Made by a program: the position numbers and the translations under genes. The notes below the pieces were generated by a model. It was not told where the DNA came from, made no database searches, and saw nothing but the letters and a program-made list of their open reading frames with translations. A stretch of 50,878 nucleotides of DNA from Deltaproteobacteria bacterium (GTDB lineage: Bacteria; Desulfobacterota; Binatia; UBA9968; JAJDTQ01), in assembly GCA_028821115.1 (NCBI GenBank), contig JAPPHF010000041.1, positions 1 through 50,878 on the forward strand, given 5' to 3'. Positions 33,675-42,932 of the stretch are shown piece by piece (within the stretch, counting starts at the first letter, position 1; the number at the start of each line of letters is the position of its first letter).

Positions 33675-33820
33675 GTCGCTCCTCTTCTCCCCTTCGGCGT
33701 TGCGCTGCCAGAACCGTCTGCCGAATAGTGCCATGGTGCCTTCCTTGCGGTACTCTCGCGCGACTCCGAGGGTTTGGGACGGCCCGGAACGGGCCACATT
33801 CAAGGTTCCCGAAACATACG

Positions 33821-33849
33821 AATATAGACTTGCCCCGCGTCTATTTCAA
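33821..33849 (-). promoter_or_regulatory. Putative sigma70 promoter of the mrp operon
   Basis: TTGAAA-N17-TATATT on the minus strand, overlapping the DUF4301 stop codon. Confidence 0.5.
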
Positions 33850-35406
33850 TGTGCGACGGGGTTGGTGCTGCGGCCGCAACAGGTCGAGCACGGTCTTCAC
33901 CGGCGCGAAGGTCCGGGCGGGAATCTCGACGAACACCGTGTTCCAGCGAGCCATGGCGCCGTTCCACAGGCCGGGGTGCTCCAGGGCCTTGAATTGGCGT
34001 GCGCCGCTGGACTTGACGGAGATGAAGGCGCTCCGCGGGTCGCGGAAGCGCATGAGGTCGAAGCACGCGCCGGAGGAGCGGCGGACGCCGCACACCAAGT
34101 CCACGGGATTGAAGTGGGTGGAGGCGGCGAAGACCTCCCGCTGGCGCGGCTCCTCCATGTCCACCTGCGACGACTCGACGACCTGGAGCGAGCACGCGCT
34201 GTCGCCGGCCCGCACCCAGAAGGGGCCGCCGCCCGGCTCGCCCGCCGACGGCACCATGCCGCACACCCGGAGCGGACGGTCGAGGGTCTTGCGCAGGAAA
34301 CCGATGTGTTCGTCCGCGGGCTTGCCCGCGAGGCTTTCGGGCGGGGCCACCGACAGCGTGTCGCGCGCGAACCGCGCCGCCTCGTCCACCAGCGCCGCCG
34401 ACGGGCCGGCACGAAGCCCTTCGAGGTAGTGAAACACGCGGGCCTGCAGCTCCACCAACAGGCCCGCCAGCGCCTTCCGGTGGCGCACCGCGGCGCCGGC
34501 ATAGACGGCAACGTTGTCGACGTTCTGGATGAACACGACATCCGCCGCGAGATCGTTGAGGTTCGCCAGGAGGGAACCATGGCCGCCGGGACGGAGCGCA
34601 AGGCTCCCGTCCGGTTTGCGGAACGGCCGGTTGTCGAGGGTCGCGGCCAGCGTGTCGGTGTCGGGACGCTGGGGCGAAAGGGTCACGTCGAAAGAGGTTT
34701 CGCGGTCCTCGTAACGGCGGCACATGGCCGCCACATGGTCCTCCACCTGAGCCCAGTGCTCCGGGGAGACGGTGAAATGAACGCGCACCATACCGGTCCG
34801 GTCCCGGACATACCTGCAGGCCTCGAGCAGGTGCTCGGCCACGGGCGTACGGCAGTCGTCGGCGTAGCGGTGGAACGGCACTAGGCCCTTGGGAAGCGCG
34901 CCGTAGTCCATTGCGCCGGCACCGAGGAGGCAGTCCAGGATCTCGCCGAACCGTCCGGCGTCGCGCAGCGGCTGAAGGCGCTCGCCGCGGCGCGCCAGAG
35001 TTGCTTCCAGCTCGGGATAGAACGCAAAGCGGTCGAGGCGCGCCATGAACTCCCGCAACGCAGCGTATTCCGGCGCGTCACGAAGGTCCTCGACGGCCGC
35101 GGCATCCCCGGCCCGGCCCCGGGCCGCCGAAAGCGCCTGGAACATGCGGCTCGCCGCTCCCGACGCGGGAACGAACTTGGTGAGCCTTCCTTCCCGCGCC
35201 GCTTCCTCGCCGCGGCGGCACAGGCGGTCCACCTCCGCGTCCTCCAGGACCATAATGCCGTCGCCCCTCGTGCAGGGTCGGTCCAGCACCGCGTACGGCA
35301 CGCCCTCGGCGAAAGTGGCCAGACAGTCCGCGGCACGTTCCGCGGAGATGCCGTGTTCCCGGAGTTGCTGCAGGTCGCGTTCGTTGAACGGATGGGAGGC
35401 CGACAT
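33841..35406 (-). CDS. DUF4301 family protein (nucleotidyltransferase-like fold)
   Basis: KFVPASGAASRMF, LPKGLVPFH, RPGGHGSLL, THFNPVDLVC, LEHPGLWNGAMA, PVKTVLDLLRPQHQ. Confidence 0.88.
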   Translation of the reverse strand: MSASHPFNERDLQQLREHGISAERAADCLATFAEGVPYAVLDRPCTRGDGIMVLEDAEVDRLCRRGEEAAREGRLTKFVPASGAASRMFQALSAARGRAGDAAAVEDLRDAPEYAALREFMARLDRFAFYPELEATLARRGERLQPLRDAGRFGEILDCLLGAGAMDYGALPKGLVPFHRYADDCRTPVAEHLLEACRYVRDRTGMVRVHFTVSPEHWAQVEDHVAAMCRRYEDRETSFDVTLSPQRPDTDTLAATLDNRPFRKPDGSLALRPGGHGSLLANLNDLAADVVFIQNVDNVAVYAGAAVRHRKALAGLLVELQARVFHYLEGLRAGPSAALVDEAARFARDTLSVAPPESLAGKPADEHIGFLRKTLDRPLRVCGMVPSAGEPGGGPFWVRAGDSACSLQVVESSQVDMEEPRQREVFAASTHFNPVDLVCGVRRSSGACFDLMRFRDPRSAFISVKSSGARQFKALEHPGLWNGAMARWNTVFVEIPARTFAPVKTVLDLLRPQHQPRRTLK

Positions 35407-35442
35407 TGGAAACAGGACGCCGTTGCCGGGAACCGGGCGGCA

Positions 35443-35982
35443 TCACATCAGGCACTCATTGCGCCGGGTTTTGACCTTCTTCATCAGCTCGTCGTCGGCG
35501 TCGTTCATGTACCCCCGGCACTGCACGGTCCCGCAAACGCACTCGTACAGTTCCTCGGCCTGGAGCCGGTAGTCTATGGTGATCTCCTCGCCTTCGGCGA
35601 TGCTCCGTTCGGCGATGAACCAGATGCGGTTGTGGATGATGTCCACCCAGGCATTGCCGTCGCAGGAGTGGTTGGCGAACCGCGCTTCGTTGCCGTTCAT
35701 CGAGCCGTCGACGTCGTACTTGTCGTTGAGGGTGAAGATGTACGTCAGCTCCTCGTCATCCCTCGAACGGGTGGTACCTTCGCCGGAGGGGATCTTCTCT
35801 CCCTTGTACTCGATGATGCGCCGGCCCTTCCGGATCCCTTCCGCCGCGAACAGCCCCTCCCCGTGAATCGCGGACTTGTCCACGAACACCTTCGGAAGCA
35901 CGCGCTTCGATCCCTTCGCCACCGTTCCCTCCGGTCCCGCGACAGCCTTCGACCGTGGGTCGTGTATACCATACTGGTCCAT
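35443..35982 (-). CDS. SET domain protein-lysine methyltransferase with post-SET zinc motif
   Basis: SAIHGEGLFA, EYKGE, ARFANHSC, GEEITIDY, CVCGTVQCRG. Start uncertain. Confidence 0.9.
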   Translation of the reverse strand: MDQYGIHDPRSKAVAGPEGTVAKGSKRVLPKVFVDKSAIHGEGLFAAEGIRKGRRIIEYKGEKIPSGEGTTRSRDDEELTYIFTLNDKYDVDGSMNGNEARFANHSCDGNAWVDIIHNRIWFIAERSIAEGEEITIDYRLQAEELYECVCGTVQCRGYMNDADDELMKKVKTRRNECLM

Positions 35983-36086
35983 CCGTTGCCTTGCCGGTGC
36001 GCCGGCAATCATATACGAATAGCCTCGAACCGGCGTCGCCGTACCGAAGAGACGCTTCCTGAAACCGTGAACGAGAAAGGGACGAG

Positions 36087-37802
36087 ATGGCCAAGACGAC
36101 CTTGTTGAACGTGACCGTGGCGGATGCCTATCTGGCGCTGCTGGCGGATCGGGGCGTGGATTACTTCTTCGCCAACGCCGGCACGGACTTCGCGCCCATC
36201 GTGGAGGCCATGGCCAAGGCGCAGTCGCTGGAGACGCGTATCCCGGAACCGGTCACCTGCCCGCACGAGAACACGGCGTTGCACATGGCCATCGGTTACT
36301 ACCTGGTGACCGGGAAGCCGCAGGCGGTGATGGTGCATGTCAACGTGGGCACCGCCAACGGCATGAACGGGCTCCTGAACGCCGCCCGCGGCAACATCCC
36401 CGTGCTGTTCACCGCCGGCCGCACCCCCACCAACGAGGAGGGCCTCGCCGGGCACCGCAGCCTGGACATCCACTGGACCCAGGAGATGTTCGACCAGGCC
36501 TCCATGGTGCGGGAAGCGGCCAAGTGGGACTACGAGCTGCGCAACGGCAAGCAGACCGAGACCATCGTGGACCGCGCCCTGTCGGTGGCCAAGAGCGAGC
36601 CCACCGGACCCGTTTACCTGAGCCTCCCCCGGGAGGTGTTGGCGGAACAGATGGACGAGTTCACCTACGAGTCGCCCGGGCGCCAGCATGCGCCGGCGCC
36701 ACCCTATCCCAACGCGGCGGCCGCCGACGAGGCGGCGGCGCTTCTGACCGGCGCGGAGAACCCGCTGATCATCACCAACTGGGCGGGAAGGAACCCGCGG
36801 GTGTGGGGGCCGCTGGGCGAGCTGGCGGAGCGCTACGCGATTCCCGTGGTGCAGTACCGCAACCGCTACATGTCGCTGCCCACCGACCACCCCATGAACC
36901 TTGGCTACGACCTCAATCCGTTGCTGGGTCAGGCGGACGTGATCCTGGCCATCGACGTGGCGGTGCCGTGGCTACCCGCCACGGACAAGGTGCGCGAGGA
37001 CGCCAAGGTCATCCACATGGGCGCGGACCCGCTGCACAGCTACGTGCCGTTGCGCGGCCACCCCTGCGACATCGCCCTGGCCTGCGGAACGGACGTCGGC
37101 CTGGCGGCCTTGAACGAAGCCATGTCCGCCCACGAGAGCCGGGTCAAGGCGAGCATCGACAAGCGCCGGCAGGCCCTGGCGGAGATGTGGCGCAAGCAGC
37201 GCGACGGCTGGGCTAAACGGCTGGACGAGGTGAAGGACAACAAGCCGCTGCACCCGGTGTGGATCACCCACTGCATCAACCAGCTCAAGGGCGACGACAC
37301 CATCGTCGTGAAGGAATCGGCGCTCGCGTCGTCGCATATCGATATCAGCCAACCGGGCACGCTGCTGAACGCCGGCGCCGCCTCCGGCCTCGGGCACGGC
37401 CTCGGCGTCGCGCTGGGAGCCAAACTCGCGGCCAGGGACAAGCTGGTCATCGGCACTCACGGCGACGGATCCTACATGTTCGGCAATCCCATCGCCAGCC
37501 ACTACGTGGGGGCGGAGCAGAAGCTGCCGATCCTCACGGTCATCTTCAACAACCAGCGCTGGCAGGCCGTGCGTCGCGCCACCGTGGGGCTCAACCCCGA
37601 GGGCTACGCCGCCCAGAGCAGCCACCAGCCCATCACCATGCTGGACAGCATCGACAAGTACGAGAAGGCGGTGGAGGTGGCCGACGGCTACGGCCAGCGG
37701 GTGGAGGACCCCTCCGACCTCATGCCGGCGCTGGAGCGGGGGCTCAAGGCGGTGCAGGTGGAGAAGCGGCAGGCGGTGGTCAACGTGATCTGCTCGGCGT
37801 AG
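36087..37802 (+). CDS. Thiamine pyrophosphate-requiring enzyme (acetolactate synthase/benzoylformate decarboxylase superfamily)
   Basis: ANAGTDFAPI, PHENTA, HVNVGTAN, GDGSYMF...NNQRW TPP-binding motif. Confidence 0.9.
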   Translation: MAKTTLLNVTVADAYLALLADRGVDYFFANAGTDFAPIVEAMAKAQSLETRIPEPVTCPHENTALHMAIGYYLVTGKPQAVMVHVNVGTANGMNGLLNAARGNIPVLFTAGRTPTNEEGLAGHRSLDIHWTQEMFDQASMVREAAKWDYELRNGKQTETIVDRALSVAKSEPTGPVYLSLPREVLAEQMDEFTYESPGRQHAPAPPYPNAAAADEAAALLTGAENPLIITNWAGRNPRVWGPLGELAERYAIPVVQYRNRYMSLPTDHPMNLGYDLNPLLGQADVILAIDVAVPWLPATDKVREDAKVIHMGADPLHSYVPLRGHPCDIALACGTDVGLAALNEAMSAHESRVKASIDKRRQALAEMWRKQRDGWAKRLDEVKDNKPLHPVWITHCINQLKGDDTIVVKESALASSHIDISQPGTLLNAGAASGLGHGLGVALGAKLAARDKLVIGTHGDGSYMFGNPIASHYVGAEQKLPILTVIFNNQRWQAVRRATVGLNPEGYAAQSSHQPITMLDSIDKYEKAVEVADGYGQRVEDPSDLMPALERGLKAVQVEKRQAVVNVICSA

Positions 37803-37814
37803 CAGGGTGCAAGG

Positions 37815-37847
37815 CGGTAGTAGTTCCTTCAGGGAACCGGATTACTG
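37815..37847. terminator. Possible hairpin terminator between convergent TPP-enzyme and thioesterase genes
   Basis: cggtagt/attactg and gttcc/ggaac nested stems (with G-U pairs). Confidence 0.3.
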
Positions 37848-38660
37848 TTGCATGGACCGGCGTGCCGGCTCTCGCTTCAGACAATCCCGAAGAACGCCGG
37901 CCACCATTTCCGCCTGCTTGCCGCGCAGCATTGCGTCGTGGCGGCCCGGTATCCAGTGAACATCGAGACCACCCCGAGCGACCTTGTGCCAGGAATTGCC
38001 AATGGAGGTGAGGTTGACCCAATCTATCCACGACTTGCGGGGCCGGATGCAGGTGATGGGGCCGGGATAGGGCGCGACTTCATGAGTTCCGAGAAGGGCG
38101 ACATGAGTCGCAATGCCCTCGTCCGATACCAGGCGCAGGGCCCGGAAGTTCCAACGACGAATCATTTTCAACCGGATCATGTCGGTCCAGCGGTTCAGGT
38201 TACAGAGTTTGTAGAGGCTTGCATGGAACAGCCTGAACCAAAGAGCCACGTGCAGAGGCGGGTCCAGGACCACCAGAAGGGCGATTCCGTCTCCCCTGCG
38301 AATCAACTCCCGCGCCGTTTCAACCGCGAGCGTGCCGCCACAGCTATAACCCGACATATGGTAGGGCCCAGCCGGCTGCACCCGCTTGATCTCGTCGACA
38401 TACAGGGAGATAAGCCAGTCGAGCGTTTTGCTGCGCAGTCCCTCGACGTGTTCGGGTTCCGGAGGGCGTAGCGCACAGACAGGCTGGCGGCCGTCGAGCA
38501 GCCCCGCCGTCTTCCGGAAGAAGTCCAGATCGCCGTGACCGGCCGGTATGAAAAACAGCGGCGGCCGGCCAACGGCTTCCCGCAAACGGACCAGCATGCC
38601 GCCGTCAACGCTGCGACGTGATTTGAGCCTTTGTGTGGGCGAGTTCCTGTTGCTATGCAT
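37842..38660 (-). CDS. Stand-alone type I (NRPS/PKS-like) thioesterase domain protein
   Basis: PPLFFIP, YVDEIKRVQPAGPYHMSGYSCGG (GxSxG), LVVLDP, IPGRHDAML. The ATG at 38660 overlaps the patatin stop (ATGCATAG). Confidence 0.8.
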   Translation of the reverse strand: MHSNRNSPTQRLKSRRSVDGGMLVRLREAVGRPPLFFIPAGHGDLDFFRKTAGLLDGRQPVCALRPPEPEHVEGLRSKTLDWLISLYVDEIKRVQPAGPYHMSGYSCGGTLAVETARELIRRGDGIALLVVLDPPLHVALWFRLFHASLYKLCNLNRWTDMIRLKMIRRWNFRALRLVSDEGIATHVALLGTHEVAPYPGPITCIRPRKSWIDWVNLTSIGNSWHKVARGGLDVHWIPGRHDAMLRGKQAEMVAGVLRDCLKREPARRSMQQ

Positions 38661-40932
38661 CGCTGGTCCAGGAACCGATCGCGTCCACCCCGTAGCGGTA
38701 ACCGATCTCGACGGCTTTGTCGGCCACGCTGAAATCCAGGATTTCGAACTGTTCGACCGGTGGTCTGAGATACAGGTCGGCAAGATCGCCTTCGAGCAGT
38801 TGCTGCCGGTTGTGGATGCTTCCCAGCGCGCCTGCCCGTTGAAGGACGGAGACGATGCCCGGCATTTCGATTCGCCGGGTCCACGGGTTGATCCGGTTCA
38901 AAGCGATCCGCCAGCCGGACGGACTCTCCAGCCCGGTGGCCTGAATGTCCATATCCACCGGCGGCACCACGTCCACGGCGATCAGCACGCCGGTTCGAAT
39001 CTCATCGCGCATCACGTCCGCCGGCAGGTTGTTCAGCAGGCAGCCGTCATAGAGCAGATCGCCCTCGGCCACGACCGGGGGAACGATACCCGGAAGGCTG
39101 CCGCTGGCCCGTGCCGCCCGCCACAGTGGCCCGGTGCGATGCACCACCGTGTCCGCGCGGGTGAGGTTGCTGGAGAGGCAAAAGTAGGGAATCCGCAAGT
39201 CTTCGATGTTCGTCTCGCCGAAGAGAGCCCGCATGCAGCGGTCGAACCGGCGGCCCCGGGCCAGTGAAACGAAAGGGAAGGTGTAATCGTTAAGCATCCC
39301 GCCGATCCGCGCCTTGAGCAGGTCAACAGTCGTATCCAGGTCTTCGGAGAGAGCGTATCCGCCGGCGATGATGGCGCCCATGCTGACCCCGGCGATGACG
39401 TCCACGGAGATCCCCGCTTCCTCAATGGCTCGCAGGATACCGGCGTGGGCGAACCCGCGAGCGCCGCCGCCGCTCAGGACAAGGCCGACCTCGTGCTGCA
39501 ACACGTACCGGGCGACGCGGTCGAGGTCGTTCCGATTCTCCGCGCGTATATGAAAGTGCCGCTGGACATGGCGTTCCCCCAACCAGCCTATGGTGCCTTG
39601 AGGTCGGAGTGCTTCGGAGGGATGGAGAAGGACGAGGGTCTTCCGCAGCTTCACACGTCGCGACGCTTCCTGGCGAAGCGTTTCCGTTTCCACCGCCGTC
39701 AGATTCGGTGCGGCGGTGGCCATGCCGAGCGATATGACCTCATCCGCCTGCCGGATGGCGCGCCGGGTCCAATGGGTCAGCCGGGAATCGGCGACATAGA
39801 TCACGTATCGAAAGCGCGCCTCCTGCTGGTCGAGCCACGCGCGAAGACGGAGGCCTTCGGGGCTGCCTTCCGCCGCTTGCGCGATGCCGGCCAGCCCCAG
39901 AAGCGCGTCCGTCCGGGTGCTGGAGACGAGCAGGCAGGTCGCGTGTCGGGACAGCGATTCGGCCAGACACCGGCCGAAGTCCTCCACGGGAGCGCCGTCG
40001 CCCACTGGAACGAGAAGAATGTTGGTGCTCGTATGTTCCGAGCGGGTATTGTGCATGACGCCGTGCAGCCGCGCCGATAAACGTCTTGCCAGCCACCCGT
40101 TCAGGTTCGGATACCGCTCCGCCAGCGCATGAAAGTGTTCGCGGGAAAACTCGAGCAACACCGAATCGCGAACGGCTACCACGGTCATCGCCGGCGTTTC
40201 ATCGGTGAAGATGTGCGCTTCGCCGACCGATTCACCCGCGGTGATCTGGTCAATGGCCTTTTCTCCCTGCGCGTGGTTCGACGCCATAATCTGCAGGCGC
40301 CCGCTCACCACCACGAACAGTGCGTTGGATGCCTTGCCAGGACGCAACAGTGCATCGCCGCGAGCGATTCGCCGCCAGGTCAGGCATTGCTCGATGTCGG
40401 CCAGTGAGTCCTTGGTCAGGTCGCCGAACATGTTCTGCAGCGCCTCGATCATCTCCGCGCGGTAGAACCGAGGCGTCAGAACTCGCCGCAGCTCTTCCGC
40501 CACATCGGGGCGTGCCGCGAGGTAACGGTCGAGCCGGTCCTTCGCCAGCTTGACAAGGCGCGCGGTTGCGATACACCGGACTGCCACCGCGCCGTGGCTG
40601 TCGGTCAAGGTCCTCATCTCGCTGATGGCATCACCCGGGAGGAGGATGGCGGTGTGCGCCTGCTCGTCAGCGGGGCGGTCCTGCTCTACCGAGGCCGGAA
40701 CGACTTCAAGGCGGCCGGAAGCCACGAAGTAGAGCGCGTCGCCGCGTTCCCCGTGGAGCTGCAGAACCTGACCCTCGTCGAGTGTGAGCCATTCAAGCTC
40801 CGGGCTCAGACCGTCCAGGCTGGAACGGCGAACGGTTCGCAACAGCGGACTGTCCGCAACCACCCGCACCGGATCCGGGGCGGGTTGGTGGACGGGCGTT
40901 GCGGGGTCGCCGCCGGGGAGTTCGTTCGTCAT
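38653..40932 (-). CDS. cNMP-binding domain-containing patatin-like phospholipase (NTE/SWS-like architecture)
   Basis: Two cNMP-binding domains (VASGRLEV...GDAISEM; VVSGRLQI...GESVGE), a central alpha/beta domain, then GGGARG, GVSMG and D-G-C (for DGG) patatin motifs. Confidence 0.9.
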   Translation of the reverse strand: MTNELPGGDPATPVHQPAPDPVRVVADSPLLRTVRRSSLDGLSPELEWLTLDEGQVLQLHGERGDALYFVASGRLEVVPASVEQDRPADEQAHTAILLPGDAISEMRTLTDSHGAVAVRCIATARLVKLAKDRLDRYLAARPDVAEELRRVLTPRFYRAEMIEALQNMFGDLTKDSLADIEQCLTWRRIARGDALLRPGKASNALFVVVSGRLQIMASNHAQGEKAIDQITAGESVGEAHIFTDETPAMTVVAVRDSVLLEFSREHFHALAERYPNLNGWLARRLSARLHGVMHNTRSEHTSTNILLVPVGDGAPVEDFGRCLAESLSRHATCLLVSSTRTDALLGLAGIAQAAEGSPEGLRLRAWLDQQEARFRYVIYVADSRLTHWTRRAIRQADEVISLGMATAAPNLTAVETETLRQEASRRVKLRKTLVLLHPSEALRPQGTIGWLGERHVQRHFHIRAENRNDLDRVARYVLQHEVGLVLSGGGARGFAHAGILRAIEEAGISVDVIAGVSMGAIIAGGYALSEDLDTTVDLLKARIGGMLNDYTFPFVSLARGRRFDRCMRALFGETNIEDLRIPYFCLSSNLTRADTVVHRTGPLWRAARASGSLPGIVPPVVAEGDLLYDGCLLNNLPADVMRDEIRTGVLIAVDVVPPVDMDIQATGLESPSGWRIALNRINPWTRRIEMPGIVSVLQRAGALGSIHNRQQLLEGDLADLYLRPPVEQFEILDFSVADKAVEIGYRYGVDAIGSWTSDA

Positions 40933-41019
40933 GGAGTCCGTCTACCTACCGTCGAGGCCCGTCCGGATGTAAATCCGGGGTAGACTCGAGAGAAGTGGAA
41001 CGGTGACGGCGACGATCCC

Positions 41020-41700
41020 TCAGGCGAGAGGGTGTGCCATCGCTTGTGGGTGTGTGCGCTCGATCTCGGCGACGGCGCTGGCTATTTCCCTGCCGATACG
41101 GTCCATTTTGCGGCGTTGATCGAGCCGGGAGACGACCCGTTCCAGTTCCTCCGCTGTGAAGAGGAACCGAAGTAGATTGCATGCGCCGATCAGGCAAATG
41201 AGGGCCACGTCTCTGGGATGGGGAATATCGTCGGAGAACAGTACCTCCGTCAAACGCCTCTTGATCGCGTGTTTGGCCGTGGAGTCGACCACGAAATAGC
41301 GTGGGGATCGGAAAATCCACAGATGCTGGATGCTTTCTTGCAACAAATTGCTTCTCTCTCGTCTCAGAGTGCCTCGTCCCACCAAGTCGGCCAGGGTCTG
41401 TTCCTGGATCGTAGCCGTTGATTCCACGGAAAGCGTCTCGATCCAATCCTTGACATCCCGTGGTTCCCCATCCGCGATCCTTGCCAGCGTCTGGTCCAGC
41501 GACGGATTACCGGTCGGTGCACGATTGATGACCGTCACCCCTCCCCGCCGGGCGTCCGTGTCGATTCGGTCGGCAAATGCCAATTCCATCATGACCGATC
41601 CCGTCAGGGCCAGTTCCAGGGTACTCTTTCCAACGGACAGGAAGACGCCTTCATCGTCGTCGAGCAGAAGCAGCAGGACCTCTTCCGAGAGAATCAGCAT
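41020..41700 (-). CDS. GPP34/GOLPH3-like phosphoprotein
   Basis: LSEEVLLLLLDD, LTGSVMMELA, TGNPSLDQTLARI, LVGRGTL, PHPRDVALICL; GAGG RBS. Confidence 0.8.
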   Translation of the reverse strand: MLILSEEVLLLLLDDDEGVFLSVGKSTLELALTGSVMMELAFADRIDTDARRGGVTVINRAPTGNPSLDQTLARIADGEPRDVKDWIETLSVESTATIQEQTLADLVGRGTLRRERSNLLQESIQHLWIFRSPRYFVVDSTAKHAIKRRLTEVLFSDDIPHPRDVALICLIGACNLLRFLFTAEELERVVSRLDQRRKMDRIGREIASAVAEIERTHPQAMAHPLA

Positions 41701-41750
41701 CAACCTCGTCCCAACGGGGTCGCACCCGAGCCTCGACGGTTGCGGCAAGG

Positions 41751-41779
41751 ATAATAGTTTCGAGGCAGGTCAATGTCAA
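41751..41779 (-). promoter_or_regulatory. Near-consensus sigma70 promoter of the GPP34-patatin-thioesterase operon
   Basis: TTGACA-N17-TATTAT on the minus strand, preceded by an AT-rich imperfect palindrome (ttttgataatcgaaaa). Confidence 0.65.
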
Positions 41780-41821
41780 CTGAAACTGCATGCTTTTGAT
41801 AATCGAAAAACTGTTGTCGCC

Positions 41822-42814
41822 TCAAATGTAGCCCTTCTCCCGGTAGTACCGCTCGGCCCCCGGGTGCAGGGGCAGGTCCAGCGGGCCGTCCGGGGTGTCG
41901 GTGCAGAACTGCGTCATGGGCGGGATTCCCGGCGTGTCGTACTCGATGTGCTCCCGCATCTGCTCGATGACGCCCACCACCTGGTAGGCCAATTCGTCCG
42001 GCATATCCGCGTGGGTGACGATGGGCCAACCGCTGAAATCGACGGCGGTGACGGGTTCGGGCAGCTTGCCGTCGAACAGCGGACCGTCCAGCGGCGCGCG
42101 GCTGAATCCGTACCGATCGAGGGACGCCATGGCCTTGGGCGAGAAGTGCAGGAAGGCCATCTCCTGCTCCACGGCGGCGCCGGCCCAGGACGGCAGTCCC
42201 TCGTCGATGACCGCGTCGACGTCGCCGGTCTTGATGCCCTCCAGGCGCCGCGGATTGCTGGGCCGCACCACCGGCTCCACCACGCCGCCCCACTCCTCGA
42301 AGGTCTTGAGGCTCATGCCGTGGGCGCGCAGCGCCGCGTTGATGGCGAAGTTGACGCAGTCGTTGGTGGCCACCGAGACCGTGAGGGCGGGCTTTCGGCG
42401 CTTGAGCTCTTCCATGGAGCGGATGCCGTGCTTCTTCGCCACCGCCACCACCATCCGGTCGTTGGAGGGAAACACCGCCAGCGCCCGTAGCGGCAGCGCT
42501 TTCCGGAACGCGCCGCGCCCGTGATACGCCATGGAGGCGATGCACGAGGGGTTGAGCCAGGCGATGTCGATCTTCCGCCGGCCCACCAGGCGGGCGCCCT
42601 GGATGCCGCTGCACCAGGCCGGGCTGATGGCGATGTTGAAGGCGAAGGGAGGACCGGCGGAGCCGCCGGCGCCGGGCAGGTCCACGTAGAGCCGGATGGC
42701 GCTGGTCATCATGGTCGGCACCGAGTCGTAAAGGCCGGCGAGGAGCTTGGTGCCGATCTGGGCCCGCAAGAGGCTCGAGCTCATGGGTTTCACGCTACGG
42801 TCGTCGTAGGTCAT
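41822..42814 (-). CDS. TAXI-family TRAP solute receptor-like protein lacking a signal peptide
   Basis: DIAWLNP, LRALAVFP, GIRSMEEL, IKTGDVDAVI, VDFSGWPIVTHADMPDELAY, LPLHPGAERYYREKG; N-terminus has no hydrophobic signal. Confidence 0.7.
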   Translation of the reverse strand: MTYDDRSVKPMSSSLLRAQIGTKLLAGLYDSVPTMMTSAIRLYVDLPGAGGSAGPPFAFNIAISPAWCSGIQGARLVGRRKIDIAWLNPSCIASMAYHGRGAFRKALPLRALAVFPSNDRMVVAVAKKHGIRSMEELKRRKPALTVSVATNDCVNFAINAALRAHGMSLKTFEEWGGVVEPVVRPSNPRRLEGIKTGDVDAVIDEGLPSWAGAAVEQEMAFLHFSPKAMASLDRYGFSRAPLDGPLFDGKLPEPVTAVDFSGWPIVTHADMPDELAYQVVGVIEQMREHIEYDTPGIPPMTQFCTDTPDGPLDLPLHPGAERYYREKGYI

Positions 42815-42932
42815 GTCGTTGGTTCCTCCCTGGTATCCCTCGCGGTAGGGGTCAGGTTAGCCTATCTCACCTGGGTATTGTATAGTGTGCCGTCTCTCGG
42901 AAGAGCTTCGCGATCCTCCGGTCTCCTGGCAC

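Noticed and set aside
33675-33734. Alternative upstream Mrp start adding MALFGRRFWQRNAEGEKRSD (RR-containing)
   Set aside because: It lacks the hydrophobic core of a Tat signal and the downstream ATG has the stronger RBS. This cannot be resolved from sequence alone.
38990-39005. GGTTCGAATC tRNA T-loop-like sequence
   Set aside because: It lies inside the patatin coding region and has no cloverleaf context.
38653-40932. CBASS call for the patatin
   Set aside because: No CD-NTase or cap accessory gene is in the window, and the domain layout is NTE-like rather than stand-alone CapV.
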